Virus record (IMG/VR): IMGVR_UViG_3300049070_000051
Location: 1-31,460 of that record
Origin: a virus
Taxonomy: Duplodnaviria; Caudoviricetes
Strand: one strand, 5' to 3'
DNA length: 31,460 nt
The position numbers and the translations under genes were made by a program. The notes under the pieces are model-generated. The model was not told the DNA's origin. It made no database searches and saw nothing but the letters and a program-made list of their open reading frames with translations. This document shows, one piece after another, positions 1 to 7,194 of this stretch; positions within the stretch are counted from its first letter, which is position 1, and each line of letters begins with the position of its first letter.

Positions 1-2
1 AT

Positions 3-41
3 CTGGACAGGAAATTTCAAAACTATTTAGACGGGTATTAA
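3..41 (+). CDS. Probable 3' end of an upstream gene (LDRKFQNYLDGY*)
   Basis: Frame 3 is open from the window edge to TAA at 39-41, 2 nt before the ATG at 44, like the tight coupling of the other genes. Too short to assign a function. Confidence 0.35.
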   Translation: MDRKFQNYLDGY

Positions 42-43
42 CC

Positions 44-2137
44 ATGAATCTGCAACACCTAAACGATTTAAGCGGATTAAAATTCATGCCCGTCAAGGCA
101 AACAAAATGCCTATCGTGAAAGGATGGCAGACGTTTGCGGGAGAGCATGATTTGTCAAATTGTAGTGCAGTAGGTTTGGTGTGCGGTAAACTTTCGGGCG
201 GGCTTGAAGTCATTGATGTGGACACGAAGTACGACCTGACAGGAAAGATATTTGAAAACTACAAAAGGCTTGTCCACGAAATAGACAAAAGTATCCTGAA
301 TAAAGTTGTCGTTCAGAAAACAAAAAGCGGCGGCTATCACATCATCTACCGATGCAGCGTTATTGCGGGCAATCAAAAACTAGCAAACCGTCCGACAACG
401 AAAGATGAAAGAGATTTCACTTACACCGACACATATAACGCAGAGATCACCAAAAGCCAATCCGATGCTGAAGCGAAAAAAATCGCGCAGAAAGCATCCG
501 ACAACGACAAGGTTCGGGTTTTATTTGAAACAAGAGGGGAAGGCGGCTATATTATGTGCTTCCCGTCACAAGGGTACGAATTAATTTATGGCGATTATTA
601 CAGCATCAACGAAATCACACCAGAAGAACGCGAAGTGCTTCACGGCATCGCTAGGCAGTTCAATGAAGTGGTGGAAGAATACATTGTCCCGATTAAAACA
701 AAAACTTCGATCAGGACAAAAGGACTTTCACCATGCGACGATTATAACGAGCGCGGTGATGTTGTCGGACTACTTCAGCAACATGGTTGGAAGATTGTAA
801 ATACTCGCGGGACAAAAACGCATTTGCGCCGACCTGGGCAAACTACTGCGATGACTTCAGGTAACTTTGACAGCAGCAACAATTGGTTCAGCGTTTTTAC
901 CACAAGCACAGAGTTTGAACCAGAACGTGCATACTTGCCGTATGTGGTCTTTGCCGTGTTGGAATGCAATAAGAACATCAGCGAGGCGGCTAAAAAACTT
1001 TACGATCTCGGATACGGCGACAGGCACGATGAAGGACAACTGAAAAAAGAAAGCACCCGCGTCATTCAGTCCAGAATAAAACCAGACGACAACGACTATT
1101 CGTTTCTTGCAACTCCAAACGACTATGACGGGTACTTAAAACAGGTTATAGATGGCACACTGCCAATGGGATTGACTACAGGCAGCCCAACACTGGATGT
1201 AAATTATTTGCTGAAAGAAGGGGACTTTGTGATGACTAATGGGATTGATAACACAGGGAAAAGCGTTTGGGTGTGGTGGTTATGTTTGCTTGCCGCAATG
1301 TATCACGGATGGAAAGGAATTATTTTTTCAAGCGAAAATACTATTGGGGCATTCATGCGCAAGATGATTCAATTCTATTGGGGTAAACCTTTGCGCGGCA
1401 ATAACGCGATGACGCAGATGGAATACGATGTTGCTAAAAAATTCATTGAAGCCCATTTTAAGGTTATCAAAGCGCAGGAAGACTTGTTCAACTACAAGGA
1501 CATCCTCAATATGGTCAAAAAGACAAACAAAATATTTCCGGCAAAGTACGGTATGATCGACCCATACAATTCATTGAAAATTGATTTAAGCGGATTCAGT
1601 AAGCTAAACACGCACGAATATCATTACGAAGCATTAAGTGAGTTAAAGGCTTACGGGCAACAAAACAATTTCGGCTGGTTCATCAATCACCATGCAGTCA
1701 CAAATGCTGCCCGCGCAAAAGACGCTGAACGAAAGTATCCGCTTGCTCCAACAAAAGCAGATACGGAAGGTGGTCAAAAAGTAGCGAACAAAGCGGACAC
1801 CTTTTTAACGATACATCGCATCACGCAACATCCTACCGATTGGATGGTTACAGAAATCCATGTGCAGAAAATAAAAGATACTGAAACAGGGGGCAAGCCT
1901 ACGCCGAAAGATTCGCCTGTCAAATTTGAAATGTATAAGCATGGGTGCGCTTTCATAGAGCGTGTGGATGGTTTTGGTAATGCTGTAGATCCTATTCAGA
2001 AATGGCATCAAACTAAAAACGGCGGCACGTATCAGCCAGAATTAAGAGTGGATAGCAGTAAAAACAATTTCACATGGTCGCCGCTGCCCGACGATAAAAA
2101 GGACTTGTTCGACGACGAAACACCTTTTGGCAAATGA
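44..2137 (+). CDS. Primase-helicase: N-terminal bifunctional primase/polymerase (Prim-Pol, AEP superfamily) fused to an SF4 (DnaB/T7 gp4-like) helicase
   Basis: Prim-Pol motifs KxPxxKGWQ, VGLVCG...LEVIDVD, TKSGGYHIIY, ETRGEGGYI. Helicase motifs GLTTG, Walker A GIDNTGKS, FSSEN, Walker B YGMIDPYN, NKADTFLTIHR, IHVQKIK. Acidic DDETPF tail. Confidence 0.85.
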   Translation: MNLQHLNDLSGLKFMPVKANKMPIVKGWQTFAGEHDLSNCSAVGLVCGKLSGGLEVIDVDTKYDLTGKIFENYKRLVHEIDKSILNKVVVQKTKSGGYHIIYRCSVIAGNQKLANRPTTKDERDFTYTDTYNAEITKSQSDAEAKKIAQKASDNDKVRVLFETRGEGGYIMCFPSQGYELIYGDYYSINEITPEEREVLHGIARQFNEVVEEYIVPIKTKTSIRTKGLSPCDDYNERGDVVGLLQQHGWKIVNTRGTKTHLRRPGQTTAMTSGNFDSSNNWFSVFTTSTEFEPERAYLPYVVFAVLECNKNISEAAKKLYDLGYGDRHDEGQLKKESTRVIQSRIKPDDNDYSFLATPNDYDGYLKQVIDGTLPMGLTTGSPTLDVNYLLKEGDFVMTNGIDNTGKSVWVWWLCLLAAMYHGWKGIIFSSENTIGAFMRKMIQFYWGKPLRGNNAMTQMEYDVAKKFIEAHFKVIKAQEDLFNYKDILNMVKKTNKIFPAKYGMIDPYNSLKIDLSGFSKLNTHEYHYEALSELKAYGQQNNFGWFINHHAVTNAARAKDAERKYPLAPTKADTEGGQKVANKADTFLTIHRITQHPTDWMVTEIHVQKIKDTETGGKPTPKDSPVKFEMYKHGCAFIERVDGFGNAVDPIQKWHQTKNGGTYQPELRVDSSKNNFTWSPLPDDKKDLFDDETPFGK

Positions 2138-2463
2138 CAAAGAAAAAAACGAAAGCACCGCCTGAACATTTCTGGAATGAACTGGTCAGTTTGTATTTCA
2201 GGTTTTGTAATGAGAAGTTCCATGACGTTCCAACATTTTCCGGCTCTGCTCCAAGAGACATGAAGGAAATCATCATTGCCCTTCGCAAACGGGCAGAGCA
2301 TTCCGGCTATGAATGGAATCACGAAACAGCTACGACAAGATGGTGGGCATTCTTGGAGTTCGCATACCGCAGCGATGCGTGGTTGCGTGACCATTGGTTG
2401 CTGTCCCACCTGAACAGAAATAAAGATGCTATTTTTCTTAATCATTCAAAACAAAAGAAGTGA
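2134..2463 (+). CDS. Hypothetical protein (109 aa) in the replication module
   Basis: ATGA overlap with the primase-helicase stop. Helical, Trp-rich sequence with no motif I recognise. Confidence 0.7.
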   Translation: MTKKKTKAPPEHFWNELVSLYFRFCNEKFHDVPTFSGSAPRDMKEIIIALRKRAEHSGYEWNHETATTRWWAFLEFAYRSDAWLRDHWLLSHLNRNKDAIFLNHSKQKK

Positions 2464-2612
2464 TAAGGAGCATTCGGGCAAGGCTTAAACATGAGGGAAG
2501 GAATTTGAAGGTGTTGTTGAATGCGGAATACGCGAACAGTCGTTTAAGAAGTCCGAAGTGCCGACATACTACTTGGAAAACAAAATATGTTTATACTCCC
2601 GAACCATGCTAA
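2460..2612 (+). CDS. Small basic hypothetical protein (50 aa, MIRSIRARLKHEGRNLKVLLNAEYANSRLRSPKCRHTTWKTKYVYTPEPC), below the ORF-track cutoff
   Basis: GTG at 2460 overlaps the previous TGA (GTGA). TAA at 2610-2612 overlaps the start of the next gene (ATG 2606), so the ORF fills the gap exactly. Confidence 0.55.
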   Translation: MIRSIRARLKHEGRNLKVLLNAEYANSRLRSPKCRHTTWKTKYVYTPEPC

Positions 2613-3046
2613 CCATTATACCAATAGAATTTGATGAAGCCTGCGCCTTTGTAAAAGCCGTACACAGACACCATAAACCTCCAGTAGGACACAAGTTTTC
2701 TATTGCGCTTTCGGATGGCGAAAAGGTGGTAGGTGTTGTAATGATTGGGCGACCTGTTGCAAGAAGAATTGATAATGGATGGACGCTTGAAGTGAATAGG
2801 CTTGCAACAGATGGTACACGAAACGCTTGTTCGATGCTGTATGCGACAGCGTGGCGGGCGGCAAAAGCAATGGGCTATAAAAAACTTATTACTTACATTC
2901 TTGATACGGAAACGGGGACATCATTGAAAGCCGCAGGATGGAAGTGTATAGGCGAAGCAGGCGGCGGGTCATGGAGCAGTAAGTCGCGCCCAAGAGTTGA
3001 CAAACACCCAACGCAAACAAAAATAAAATTTGAAATAGCAGCATGA
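2606..3046 (+). CDS. XF1762-like / Mom-like GNAT-fold protein, putative DNA-modifying acyltransferase
   Basis: Motifs FVxxxHRHH, VGVVMIGRPVAR, LEVNRL, NACSMLY, GYKKLITY, GTSLKAAGW. Start moved from the track's 2558 to ATG 2606 (MLTIIPI), where the conserved domain begins. Confidence 0.75.
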   Translation: MLTIIPIEFDEACAFVKAVHRHHKPPVGHKFSIALSDGEKVVGVVMIGRPVARRIDNGWTLEVNRLATDGTRNACSMLYATAWRAAKAMGYKKLITYILDTETGTSLKAAGWKCIGEAGGGSWSSKSRPRVDKHPTQTKIKFEIAA

Positions 3047-3279
3047 CAGCAACAGACAGATACGGAAACGAATACAGGGTAGGGGACATCGTGCAGATGA
3101 AAGATTTTCCTGTCCTCTACAAAAGTATGTTAGGTAAAAAAATTGAAGTAGTGGACATCACCAAAGTAGAATGTTGTGAAAGCGGATTCAATATTTTGGG
3201 AAGGTGCGTAGAAACGGGAACTACATTCAGAAAATATCTGGATACAAATTGGTTTCAAAAATTAAAACAAACGACATGA
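3043..3279 (+). CDS. Small hypothetical protein (78 aa), possibly an SH3/KOW-like beta fold
   Basis: ATGA overlaps at both ends. N-terminal DRYGNEYRVGDIV pattern. Confidence 0.65.
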   Translation: MTATDRYGNEYRVGDIVQMKDFPVLYKSMLGKKIEVVDITKVECCESGFNILGRCVETGTTFRKYLDTNWFQKLKQTT

Positions 3280-3680
3280 TAAAAATGCAAGTCATCGGAC
3301 ATCTTGGGAAAGATGCAATCGTAAACAACGTCAACGGAAAATCAGTAATGAATTTCAACGTTGCCCATTCAGAAAAATTTAAAAACGCGCAAGGTGTGCA
3401 GCAGGACAAAACAATCTGGATTGATTGTTCATACTGGAACGATCGCACAGCCCTTGCCCCGTACCTGAAAAAAGGAACGCAGGTGTACGTAGAGGGACAA
3501 CCGGAAGTGCGCAGCTACGCGAAGAACGACGGGACAACGGGCGTATCGCTTAACCTTCGTGTCCAGAATGTCCAACTACTCGGAAGCAAACAGGAAGGAC
3601 AGCGAAATGAACCTGTGCAGGACAACACGAATACCGGAAGCGATATTTCACCCGAACCCGTAGACGATTTGCCTTTTTAA
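3276..3680 (+). CDS. ssb: Single-stranded DNA-binding protein
   Basis: VIGHLGKDA, NFNVAHSE, WIDCSYW, YLKKGTQVYVEG and an acidic DDLPF C-terminus. Start at ATG 3276 (ATGA overlap) rather than 3204. Confidence 0.95.
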   Translation: MIKMQVIGHLGKDAIVNNVNGKSVMNFNVAHSEKFKNAQGVQQDKTIWIDCSYWNDRTALAPYLKKGTQVYVEGQPEVRSYAKNDGTTGVSLNLRVQNVQLLGSKQEGQRNEPVQDNTNTGSDISPEPVDDLPF

Positions 3681-4469
3681 GTGAATCACGGATCTCTTTT
3701 TTCCGGTATGGGCGCGTTTGATCTCGCTGCACAATGGATGAAATGGAATAATCTTTTTCATTGCGAAATCAATCCATTCTGCCAGCGCATTTTAAAATAC
3801 TATTGGCCTGAAGCAAAACTTTATGCAGACATCAAACAAACAGACTTCTCTATTTGGCGCGGGCGAATCGACATCCTCACAGGAGGGTTTCCTTGCCAGC
3901 CATATTCAACCGCAGGGAAACGAAAAGGTAAAGAAGACGAACGCCACCTGTGGCCTGAAATGCTTAGAGCGATACAGGAAATTCAGCCACGCTGGGTCTG
4001 CGGGGAAAACGTTTTGGGATTGCTTAATTGGAACGGGGGAATGGTATTCGACGATGTGTGCGCTGACCTGGAAGCTGCGGGGTATTACAATACAATCACG
4101 CCGCAAGGAAAAAGGAAAGTTTTCCCGATTGTACTTCCAGCTTGTGGTGTCAACGCCCCGCACCAACGCTACAGGATTTTCTTTATTGCCCACACCGAAT
4201 GCGTCGGACAACAGGGACAGGGGCGGACCGAAAGATGCGGCTATAAAGAGGCGCGCAATGCTCGGCAAGCAAGTGGGACTTTCGATGATGGTAAATGGAA
4301 ATCTAAATCCCCGTTGCGTGATGGAAATGATGGGCTTCCCGACAAACTGGACGGAATTACCATTTCAGACTGGCGACAAGAAAGTTTGAAAGCGGGTGGC
4401 AACGCTGTCGTGCCCCAACTTGTTTACGAGATATTCAAATCAATACAACTATACGAAACTGTTAAATAG
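3681..4469 (+). CDS. DNA (cytosine-5)-methyltransferase, alpha polypeptide (motifs I-VIII and X)
   Basis: Motif I SLFSGMG, IV GGFPCQ, VI ENV, VIII PHQRYRIF, X GNAVVP. No motif IX or TRD visible in this frame. GTG start directly after the ssb stop. Confidence 0.92.
   Translation: MNHGSLFSGMGAFDLAAQWMKWNNLFHCEINPFCQRILKYYWPEAKLYADIKQTDFSIWRGRIDILTGGFPCQPYSTAGKRKGKEDERHLWPEMLRAIQEIQPRWVCGENVLGLLNWNGGMVFDDVCADLEAAGYYNTITPQGKRKVFPIVLPACGVNAPHQRYRIFFIAHTECVGQQGQGRTERCGYKEARNARQASGTFDDGKWKSKSPLRDGNDGLPDKLDGITISDWRQESLKAGGNAVVPQLVYEIFKSIQLYETVK
3823..4389 (+). CDS. Nested +1-frame ORF: putative beta polypeptide of the C5-methyltransferase (TRD and motif IX)
   Basis: 188-codon ORF lying wholly inside the MTase gene. 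It carries LLPTPNASD (TRD-like) and GNLNPRCVMEMMGFPTNWT (motif IX-like). The ATG has an A-rich leader (AAGCAAAACTTTATG). Confidence 0.8.
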   Translation: MQTSNKQTSLFGAGESTSSQEGFLASHIQPQGNEKVKKTNATCGLKCLERYRKFSHAGSAGKTFWDCLIGTGEWYSTMCALTWKLRGITIQSRRKEKGKFSRLYFQLVVSTPRTNATGFSLLPTPNASDNRDRGGPKDAAIKRRAMLGKQVGLSMMVNGNLNPRCVMEMMGFPTNWTELPFQTGDKKV

Positions 4470-4497
4470 AGCAATAGTATTTTTTTTTCTATTTTTA
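4466..4497 (+). promoter_or_regulatory. Possible Bacteroidota sigma70-type promoter for the portal-terminase operon (degenerate)
   Basis: ATAG (4466-4469), a 20-nt spacer, then TATTTTTA (4490-4497), against the consensus TTTG-N19-21-TAnnTTTG. Same spacing as the candidates at 9294 and 28447. Confidence 0.3.
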
Positions 4498-4516
4498 CCA
4501 CAAACTCCAATTATCT

Positions 4517-6967
4517 GTGGATAACCAAACCCCGTCCAAAGCCCCTACGCCTAATTTTGGCGACATCCTCTTGCAAGTGCAATTCGCTAATCCTTCACAG
4601 CGTAACGATAAAGAGTTCGGGCGTAAGCTACTTTCCAGAATTTACAAAGAACAGAACAACATAGGTTCTGTTTTTTTCTTTGCGGGAAGGGCAGCGCAGT
4701 TGAAGGAGAACCAGAAGTGGGCGATGGGCAGGCAAACAGTGCAGGAGTTTCTTGACCTGCTTAAAATCGACGGTAACAACGCCTATACGGGCATCGACCC
4801 GACACCTAACCGGACAGGTCCGCAGTTCGTTGAAACGCTCGTCAACTCAATGGCGCAAAACGACGAATATCCATGCGTGACGGCGGTGGACGATGGTTCC
4901 ATGACCATCAAGGAAAAACGCAAGATGGACGCATACACCCGTATGCACTCCCAACAGCAGATCGCCGCAATGGAAGAAGCGTCGGGCATGATGCTTGAAC
5001 CGCCTGATGCCTATGTGCCCGAAGATGAACTGTCCGCAGAAGTGTATTTCAAGTTGCAGGATCGCTTGCCCATCGAAATCGAATTTGAACAGAAGGTTGA
5101 AAAGACGATGCTGGACAACGAATATCCCATGCTAAAGCGCAGGTTACTTCGTGACGGTATTGTGGGCAACATCATGGTCAACAAACTGGAACGGGAAGGT
5201 TACGGCTTTATCGGCATCCGCAAGTGTTCCATTGCCAACATGATTTACAATTTCTTTATGAGTGATTCGGGCAAGATGGAACTGACCTACATCGGGGAGG
5301 TCTACAGCCTGAAGGTGCGCGACCTGCGTAAAAAGTACGGACGCAGCATGAGCGAAAAGGAAATTTTCGACATCTGTAAAACAGCAACAGTGATGAACGT
5401 CGCCAATCGCTTTACGTATCAGTGGATGGAAACGTACCAGTATGCGACCGACCGCCCGTATGACGATTACAACGTAATGGTTTTTGATTGCGAAATAAAA
5501 GTCTTCGATACCGACCATTGGGTGAGCAAGCCCGACAAGTACGGTAAGGAAATCATCGACCTGAAAAAAGGTGTTCCCAAGCCAACAAGTGAAGACGCAA
5601 AGGTTATCACCAAAAATAAATTCACCGTGTATCGCGGTGTGTATGCGATTAACTCGGACAAGATGCTCTATTGGGGTTTGCCCGACGTAGTGATAAAACC
5701 TTACCAGGATATTTCCGAAGCCCTCTTTTCCTACACGATCAACATTCCCAACAACGACGGCGAATACATCCCTTCGCTATTTGAAAGGGCACTGGAACCG
5801 TTGAAGCAATACGTCCTGTGTAAATTCAAGCTGAAGCAATTGATCGCTGCAATGGCTCCCGCAGGCATCAGTATCGACGTTGAATCTATTCGGGACATCG
5901 AAATGAACGGAAAGATTCTGCCCTGGGAAGAAATCGTGAAGATCCGCAATCAGTCGGGCGTAGTGCTGTGGAGTTCCCGCAGTGCAGTTAATCCGATGGA
6001 GGGCAACCAGAAACCGCCGATTGAAGGAATTGCCAATGCAGAAAGTGTTGCCCAGATCAATGAACTGGCAATGGTGATGGACAGGTCCATGCAGGAAATT
6101 CGCAGCGTTTTGGGCGTACCGCTTTACCGCGACGGCTCTGATCTGCCGCCACGCATGGGACAGGGTGTTATCCAAAACCAGACCGCCAATGCCAACAACG
6201 TTACCGACTACATCAAGTGGGGATACAAGTCGCTCATTCAGGAAACACTTCACAAGATTTGTATTCTGAAGTGGGACGAAGTGGTGCTGAAAGAGGGCAA
6301 GCACGAACACATGGACACGATACTTCAGGTCGATGTGGAAATGAAAGCCACTGAATACGAAAATCAACTGATTGAAAATAACATTGCCACATGGTCGAAG
6401 ACACCGGACGGCAACGGTAACTTTTTGCTGTCACCAAAAGATGTGTTCTTTATCCGCAACATCAAAAACTACAAGTTGCAGGATTTGTATTTGACCAACA
6501 TGGTCGAGCAGAACCGCAAGAAAGCAATGGAACAGTCTGCGAAGTTGCAGCAGCAGAACGGGCAGATACAACAGCAGAGCGCACAGCAGCAGTTGCAGGG
6601 TAAGTTGGAAATCGAAAAGCTGAAAAAGCAAATGGATTCGCAGGTGAAGGATGCAGAGGGCAAGAACAAGAAACAGGAAATCCTTTTGGCTGGCTTTATG
6701 AAGATGCTCGAAACCACAGGCAACGTTCCGCCGATACTACAGCCCGCAGCAGAACAGATCGTGAAAAGTATTATCCTTCCATTGGTGCAGGAAAACCAAG
6801 CGCAGGAACAGGAAATGGCTGCGCAGCAACAAGAGCAGCAGCAGATGGAACAGATACAACAGATAGCCCAAGAGAACGGCATACCCGTAGAGGAAGTGAT
6901 GGCGCAGCTTAACGGAACGCAGCCACCGCAGCAACAACAATCGCAGCAGCAACCGCAAGCGGCATGA
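4517..6967 (+). CDS. Portal protein (crAss-like podovirus type)
   Basis: 816 aa, first gene of the virion module. Segments YIGEVYSLKVRDL, VYRGVY, I-D-V-E-S-I and IRSVLGVPLYRDGS resemble crAss-like portals. Long Q-rich coiled-coil C-terminus. GTG start. Confidence 0.8.
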   Translation: MDNQTPSKAPTPNFGDILLQVQFANPSQRNDKEFGRKLLSRIYKEQNNIGSVFFFAGRAAQLKENQKWAMGRQTVQEFLDLLKIDGNNAYTGIDPTPNRTGPQFVETLVNSMAQNDEYPCVTAVDDGSMTIKEKRKMDAYTRMHSQQQIAAMEEASGMMLEPPDAYVPEDELSAEVYFKLQDRLPIEIEFEQKVEKTMLDNEYPMLKRRLLRDGIVGNIMVNKLEREGYGFIGIRKCSIANMIYNFFMSDSGKMELTYIGEVYSLKVRDLRKKYGRSMSEKEIFDICKTATVMNVANRFTYQWMETYQYATDRPYDDYNVMVFDCEIKVFDTDHWVSKPDKYGKEIIDLKKGVPKPTSEDAKVITKNKFTVYRGVYAINSDKMLYWGLPDVVIKPYQDISEALFSYTINIPNNDGEYIPSLFERALEPLKQYVLCKFKLKQLIAAMAPAGISIDVESIRDIEMNGKILPWEEIVKIRNQSGVVLWSSRSAVNPMEGNQKPPIEGIANAESVAQINELAMVMDRSMQEIRSVLGVPLYRDGSDLPPRMGQGVIQNQTANANNVTDYIKWGYKSLIQETLHKICILKWDEVVLKEGKHEHMDTILQVDVEMKATEYENQLIENNIATWSKTPDGNGNFLLSPKDVFFIRNIKNYKLQDLYLTNMVEQNRKKAMEQSAKLQQQNGQIQQQSAQQQLQGKLEIEKLKKQMDSQVKDAEGKNKKQEILLAGFMKMLETTGNVPPILQPAAEQIVKSIILPLVQENQAQEQEMAAQQQEQQQMEQIQQIAQENGIPVEEVMAQLNGTQPPQQQQSQQQPQAA

Positions 6968-7194
6968 ACATGAGGGAGCAGGTCATACAGCTTGTCCTGA
7001 ACATACCCGATGGTATGCGCATAGGGGTTTTTGTAGATGAAATATTTGTCCCCATCTGCACCGATCATTCCGACATCGAAGCGGTCATTAACGAGAACGG
7101 GCAGCATGAAGCTGCCTTTGTCATACGACCTTGTTTGTGCAACAGGGACGACCTGCCCATCAGTAAAAAAATCGACAAGGAAAAACTTAACTGA
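6964..7194 (+). CDS. Hypothetical protein (76 aa) between portal and terminase
   Basis: ATGA overlap upstream and TGATG overlap downstream. Contains CTDH and CLC. Confidence 0.65.
   Translation: MNMREQVIQLVLNIPDGMRIGVFVDEIFVPICTDHSDIEAVINENGQHEAAFVIRPCLCNRDDLPISKKIDKEKLN

Noticed and set aside
3681-4469. Methyltransferase as a frameshifted pseudogene or sequencing error
   Set aside because: Both frames stay open over 567 nt, and motif X returns in the original frame. Two compensating errors would be needed, and they would not explain the long open +1 frame upstream of the TRD.
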